34,893 bases of DNA from Nitrososphaerota archaeon (GTDB taxonomy: Archaea; Thermoproteota; EX4484-205; JAAOZO01), in NCBI GenBank assembly GCA_011605715.1, contig JAAOZO010000171.1:1-34893 (forward strand), written 5' to 3'. Positions 31,519 to 34,893 of the stretch are shown piece after piece. A model generated the notes under the pieces. It was not told the DNA's origin and did not search any database. It saw nothing but the letters and a program-made list of their open reading frames with translations. Position numbers and translations under genes: made by a program. Each line of letters opens with the position of its first letter. Position 1 is the stretch's first letter.

Positions 31519-32241
31519 ATGCTCACTCCTACGGTTGTTCAAGTAGAAGATTTGTACAAAGATTATGTACTAAGAGGCGGTGCAGTACATGCGCTTCGTG
31601 GAATTAATCTCTCAGTAAGGAGAGGTGAATATATCGCAGTAATGGGGCCTTCTGGTTCTGGAAAAACGACTCTCTTTAATATGATTGGAGGCCTTGATAA
31701 GCCAACAAAAGGTACAGTGAAAATTGACAACGTTGACCTTTCTAAGATGTCTCCTAAACAACTTGCTTGGGTACGTTCAAGAAAGATTGGTTACGTGTTT
31801 CAGACTTTTAATCTTATTCCTGTCCTTACTGCTCTAGGAAATGTTATGCTACCCATGATCTTTACCGGTATGAAGAGAGAAGAAAGAGTAAAGAAAGCAA
31901 AAGAACTACTAAGCTTAGTTGGCTTAGGAGAAAGAGTAAATCATAGGCCTACTGAATTAAGTGGAGGTCAGCAACAAAGGGTTGCCATTGCTAGAGCTTT
32001 AGCAAATGACCCCTCAATAATTCTTGCAGATGAACCAACTGGAAACCTAGACTTAAACACTGGTCTTGCAATAGTTAACTTACTATACAGGCTTAAAGTT
32101 GAAAGAAATACTACAGTTATTTGTGCAACTCATGACCTTAAAATGGTTGACGTAAGTGATAGACTTGCATGGATTCGAGATGGTCAAATTGAAAGAATAG
32201 AGGAAAGAACGACAGTAAGTCTAACCTCTGAAGAGCTTTAG
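31519..32241 (+). CDS. ABC transporter ATP-binding protein (MacB/LolD-type, 'ABC-type antimicrobial peptide' class)
   Basis: The ORF opens at TTG 31459; ATG 31519 (MLTPTVVQVEDLYKDY) fits the family N-terminus. Walker A GPSGSGKTT, Q-loop, signature LSGGQQQRVAIARAL, Walker B ILADEPTGNLD, H-loop CATHD. Confidence 0.9.
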   Translation: MLTPTVVQVEDLYKDYVLRGGAVHALRGINLSVRRGEYIAVMGPSGSGKTTLFNMIGGLDKPTKGTVKIDNVDLSKMSPKQLAWVRSRKIGYVFQTFNLIPVLTALGNVMLPMIFTGMKREERVKKAKELLSLVGLGERVNHRPTELSGGQQQRVAIARALANDPSIILADEPTGNLDLNTGLAIVNLLYRLKVERNTTVICATHDLKMVDVSDRLAWIRDGQIERIEERTTVSLTSEEL

Positions 32242-32307
32242 ATAAGTTTTTATTTTACTTAAAGGTTACATTTTATTTTATTATATCATACGTGGGTTTG
32301 AGAAAGA

Positions 32308-34071
32308 ATGGTTAGAGTCGCTGTTATCGACAAAAAGTCATGCAGACCTAAAGATTGCGGTCATCCCTGTAGGAAGAGTTGTCCTGTTGTAAGGACCGGT
32401 CAGGATGCAATTTACTTCCTTGACGAAAACTTACCACCAACAATAGATGAAGCTATTTGCATAGGTTGTGGAATTTGTGTAAGAAAATGTCCCTTTAATG
32501 CTATCTACATTGTTAATCTTCCGGATCAGCTTGAAAAAGAAGCTTTTCATAGATATGGCCAAAATGGTTTTAAACTTTATAGGTTTCCGGAGATTAAGCC
32601 TCAAAGTGTTAACGTGATAATAGGTCAAAATGGTATGGGTAAGTCAACTATTGCTAAAATACTTTCTGGTGAACTAATACCAAACTTAGGCGACCCCAAT
32701 TCTAAGCCACCAATTGAGCAAGTTATAGACCGATTGAAAGGAACTACTTCTTCAGAGATTCTCGAAAATATATTCAAAAAAAAGTTTACAGTAGCCTTTA
32801 AGCCTCAACATGTCGAACTTCTACCCTCGGTTTTTGGTGGAAGTGTAAAAGAAGCGCTTTCAAAGTATGAGGGTAGCAGGTACTATGGTGAAGTAGTTAA
32901 TTCAATGAAATTGTCTACCCTCTTTGAACGTAAGTTGAATCAGTTAAGTGGTGGAGAACTACAAAAACTTGCAATAGCTTTGGCGCTACTAAAAGATACT
33001 GACATAATTGTACTAGATGAACCTGCAAGTTATTTAGACGTATTACAAAGGTTACTTGTCTCAAGGTTACTTTTTTCATTTAAAGATAAGGGAAAGACTC
33101 TAATCGTCATAGAGCATGACCTTGGAATGATTGATTACTTGGCAGATTATGTCTCAATAATATATGGTGAACCTGGTGCATACGGCATTGTTTCAAGGTT
33201 ATTGTCTGCTAGAGTTGGTATAAACTCCTACTTAAACGGGTTTCTTAAAGCTGAAAACACTCAAATAAGACCCTTCGAAATAAAGTTTGAATCAAGACCG
33301 CCTCCAGAGAAAAGAGACTTGTCTGTAGCTTTTAAGTGGGTAAAAGACGAGTTTAAGCTAAACGGGTTTACTCTTACAATCGAGGGTGGAGAAGCTTACA
33401 GAGGCGAAGTAATAGGCATAGTGGGCCAAAATGGTATAGGAAAAACAACTTTTGTAAGGAGAATCGTAGAAAGCTATTTTGGTGTTGAAAGTCAGCAAAT
33501 AAGTTACAAACCTCAACTAATAACAAACTTATTCAAAGGAAAAACAGTAAAGGAAGTCCTAGAGGAAAAATTCGGAAGTTCCAATTTTCCTTCTTGGATT
33601 GAAACTGAACTCTTAAAGCCACTGAGATTAAATAAACTCATGGAAAGATCGACAGAAACCTTAAGTGGAGGTGAACTCCAAGCTTTAGCAGTGGCTTCCT
33701 CTTTGATCTCGAATAGTAACTTTTATTTTATTGATGAACCATGTTCCTTTCTCGATGTAGAGCAAAGAGTAACTGTTCAAAGAATGATAAGAAGGTTAAC
33801 AGAAATTAAAGCTGCTACAACGTTTGTGGTAGAGCATGACATACTATTTATAGACTTTGTTTCAGATCGCCTTATAGTAGTAGATGGAGAGCCTGGAGTT
33901 CATGGATACGTTTCTTCTCCCAAGTCCATGAAAGATGGGATGAACGAGTTTTTGTCGAAGCTATCGATAACTTTTAGAAGAGATGTAGATACAAATAGAC
34001 CAAGAATAAATAAGCCTGGATCAAGAACCGATCTAGAACAAAAACAATTAGGCCAATACTACTATACATAA
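32308..34071 (+). CDS. abce1: ABCE1/RLI ribosome-recycling ATPase (2x4Fe-4S domain plus twin NBDs)
   Basis: 587 aa. N-terminal CRPKDCGHPCRKSCPV and CIGCGICVRKCPF clusters. Two NBDs (GQNGMGKST / LSGGELQ; GQNGIGKTT / LSGGELQ). C-terminal ...RPRINKPGS..D..QK..G.YYY. Confidence 0.95.
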   Translation: MVRVAVIDKKSCRPKDCGHPCRKSCPVVRTGQDAIYFLDENLPPTIDEAICIGCGICVRKCPFNAIYIVNLPDQLEKEAFHRYGQNGFKLYRFPEIKPQSVNVIIGQNGMGKSTIAKILSGELIPNLGDPNSKPPIEQVIDRLKGTTSSEILENIFKKKFTVAFKPQHVELLPSVFGGSVKEALSKYEGSRYYGEVVNSMKLSTLFERKLNQLSGGELQKLAIALALLKDTDIIVLDEPASYLDVLQRLLVSRLLFSFKDKGKTLIVIEHDLGMIDYLADYVSIIYGEPGAYGIVSRLLSARVGINSYLNGFLKAENTQIRPFEIKFESRPPPEKRDLSVAFKWVKDEFKLNGFTLTIEGGEAYRGEVIGIVGQNGIGKTTFVRRIVESYFGVESQQISYKPQLITNLFKGKTVKEVLEEKFGSSNFPSWIETELLKPLRLNKLMERSTETLSGGELQALAVASSLISNSNFYFIDEPCSFLDVEQRVTVQRMIRRLTEIKAATTFVVEHDILFIDFVSDRLIVVDGEPGVHGYVSSPKSMKDGMNEFLSKLSITFRRDVDTNRPRINKPGSRTDLEQKQLGQYYYT

Positions 34072-34255
34072 AAGCAAGCATAGAGCTTTAATTAAAAATA
34101 TTGATCAGCCCATTCATTTCACAAAACGCTTTGTTTCTATTCTCTTTTACTAAAAATAGCAAATCCAAACTAAAGCAGATATTTTCTTTCAAAGAAAGAA
34201 TATTTAAAAGCTCATCTTTCATCCTTTGTGATCGACTCTAGTGTGGTGAAGAACT

Positions 34256-34893
34256 ATGTTAAAGACTCCAACGATAATTGTAAACTTTAAAGCTTACAGA
34301 GAATCTCTAGGAAAAAAAGCTGTAGAACTAGCAAGAATCGCAGAAGAGGTTAGTCGAGAATTAAATGTGTCTATAGCAGTTGCTCCTCAAGCTACTGACA
34401 TAAGGTTAGTTGCATCAGCAGTATCTATTCCTGTTTTTGCTCAAGCAGTTGATTCCGTAGCTGTAGGTGCACTAACAGGACACGTAACAATTGAAAGCAT
34501 AAAAGATGCTGGAGCTGTTGGTACGATAATTAATCACTCTGAAAGAAGGGTTCAAATTTCTTTAATAAGCGAAGTAGTTAAAGCCTCAAGGGAGCTCAAC
34601 TTAACTACAGTAGTTTGTGCTGATACTCCAGAGGTAACTGCCGCTGTAGCTTCACTTAATCCAGAGTTTGTAGCTATTGAACCTCCAGAATTGATTGGTA
34701 CTGGAATCCCCGTTTCTAAAGCAAAGCCAGAAGTTGTTACAAATTCGTTAGAAAAAGTTAGGAGTGTAAATTCGAAGTCTAAGGTTATTTGTGGAGCTGG
34801 AATAACAACTGGAGATGATGTGAAAGCAGCACTAAGATTAGGAACCGTTGGGGTTTTACTTGCAAGTGGTGTCGTTAAAGCAAAGGATCCAAA
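34256..34893 (+). CDS. tpiA: Triosephosphate isomerase, archaeal type (3' end outside the window)
   Basis: Not in the supplied track. ATG 34256: MLKTPTIIVNFKAYRES...GAVGTIINHSERR...VAIEPPELIGTG...ICGAGITTGDDV..ALRLGTVGVLLASGV. NFK, NHSE and EPPELIG are archaeal TIM hallmarks. The frame stays open to the window end. Confidence 0.9.
   Translation, partial: MLKTPTIIVNFKAYRESLGKKAVELARIAEEVSRELNVSIAVAPQATDIRLVASAVSIPVFAQAVDSVAVGALTGHVTIESIKDAGAVGTIINHSERRVQISLISEVVKASRELNLTTVVCADTPEVTAAVASLNPEFVAIEPPELIGTGIPVSKAKPEVVTNSLEKVRSVNSKSKVICGAGITTGDDVKAALRLGTVGVLLASGVVKAKDP

Noticed and set aside
28989-32628. ORFs 28989-29177 (-), 29155-29367 (-) and 32431-32628 (-)
   Set aside because: They are antisense to rps17e, the 132-aa gene and abce1. 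No support exists.
1-34893. CRISPR arrays, rRNA genes, IS elements and long repeats
   Set aside because: Reading through the window showed no regularly spaced direct repeats, no rRNA-like G+C-rich blocks beyond the three tRNAs, and no transposase or integrase-like ORFs. The only tandem repeat noted is the 12-nt duplication at 20763-20788.

Overview
AT-rich (by eye about one-third G+C), gene-dense archaeal chromosome segment. Most of it is housekeeping: RadA, AspRS, thermosome, ABCE1, archaeosine tRNA-guanine transglycosylase, a beta-CASP nuclease, TPI, KEOPS Cgi121, Fap7-like kinase, PAC2 chaperone, RNase P Rpp21, an Sm-like protein, and ribosomal proteins L40e, L38e and S17e. L38e, a Sulfolobus-like RadA and S17e N-terminus (from memory), and tRNAs carrying 2-3 introns at non-canonical positions point to a Thermoproteota (crenarchaeal-type) lineage. 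Three tRNA genes are present: Gly-UCC with 2 introns, Val-CAC with none, Glu-CUC with 3 introns. No rRNA, CRISPR array, transposase or integrase was seen. Left end (0.3-6.2 kb): a co-directional glycosyltransferase/GalT-like operon with a degenerate 'half' glycosyltransferase, facing a wHTH-regulator operon. The stand-out region is an accessory-looking locus at about 18.1-26.0 kb, made of two divergent, tightly packed operons. One encodes an A24 prepilin-peptidase-like protein followed by five small N-terminally hydrophobic proteins, three of which are short ORFs missing from the supplied track. The other encodes a small coiled-coil protein, a FlaI/TadA/VirB11-type ATPase, a split TadB/TadC-like platform, a Flp-like pilin with an I-E-E-G-L motif, and a membrane-anchored HerA/VirB4-like ATPase. 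A zinc-ribbon-less TFB (TFIIB) paralog flanks it. I read this as a Tad/Flp-like type IV filament system coupled to an FtsK/HerA-superfamily translocase, possibly filament plus DNA or protein transfer. Novelty cannot be judged without database searches. All domain calls come from motif recognition by eye; no searches were run.
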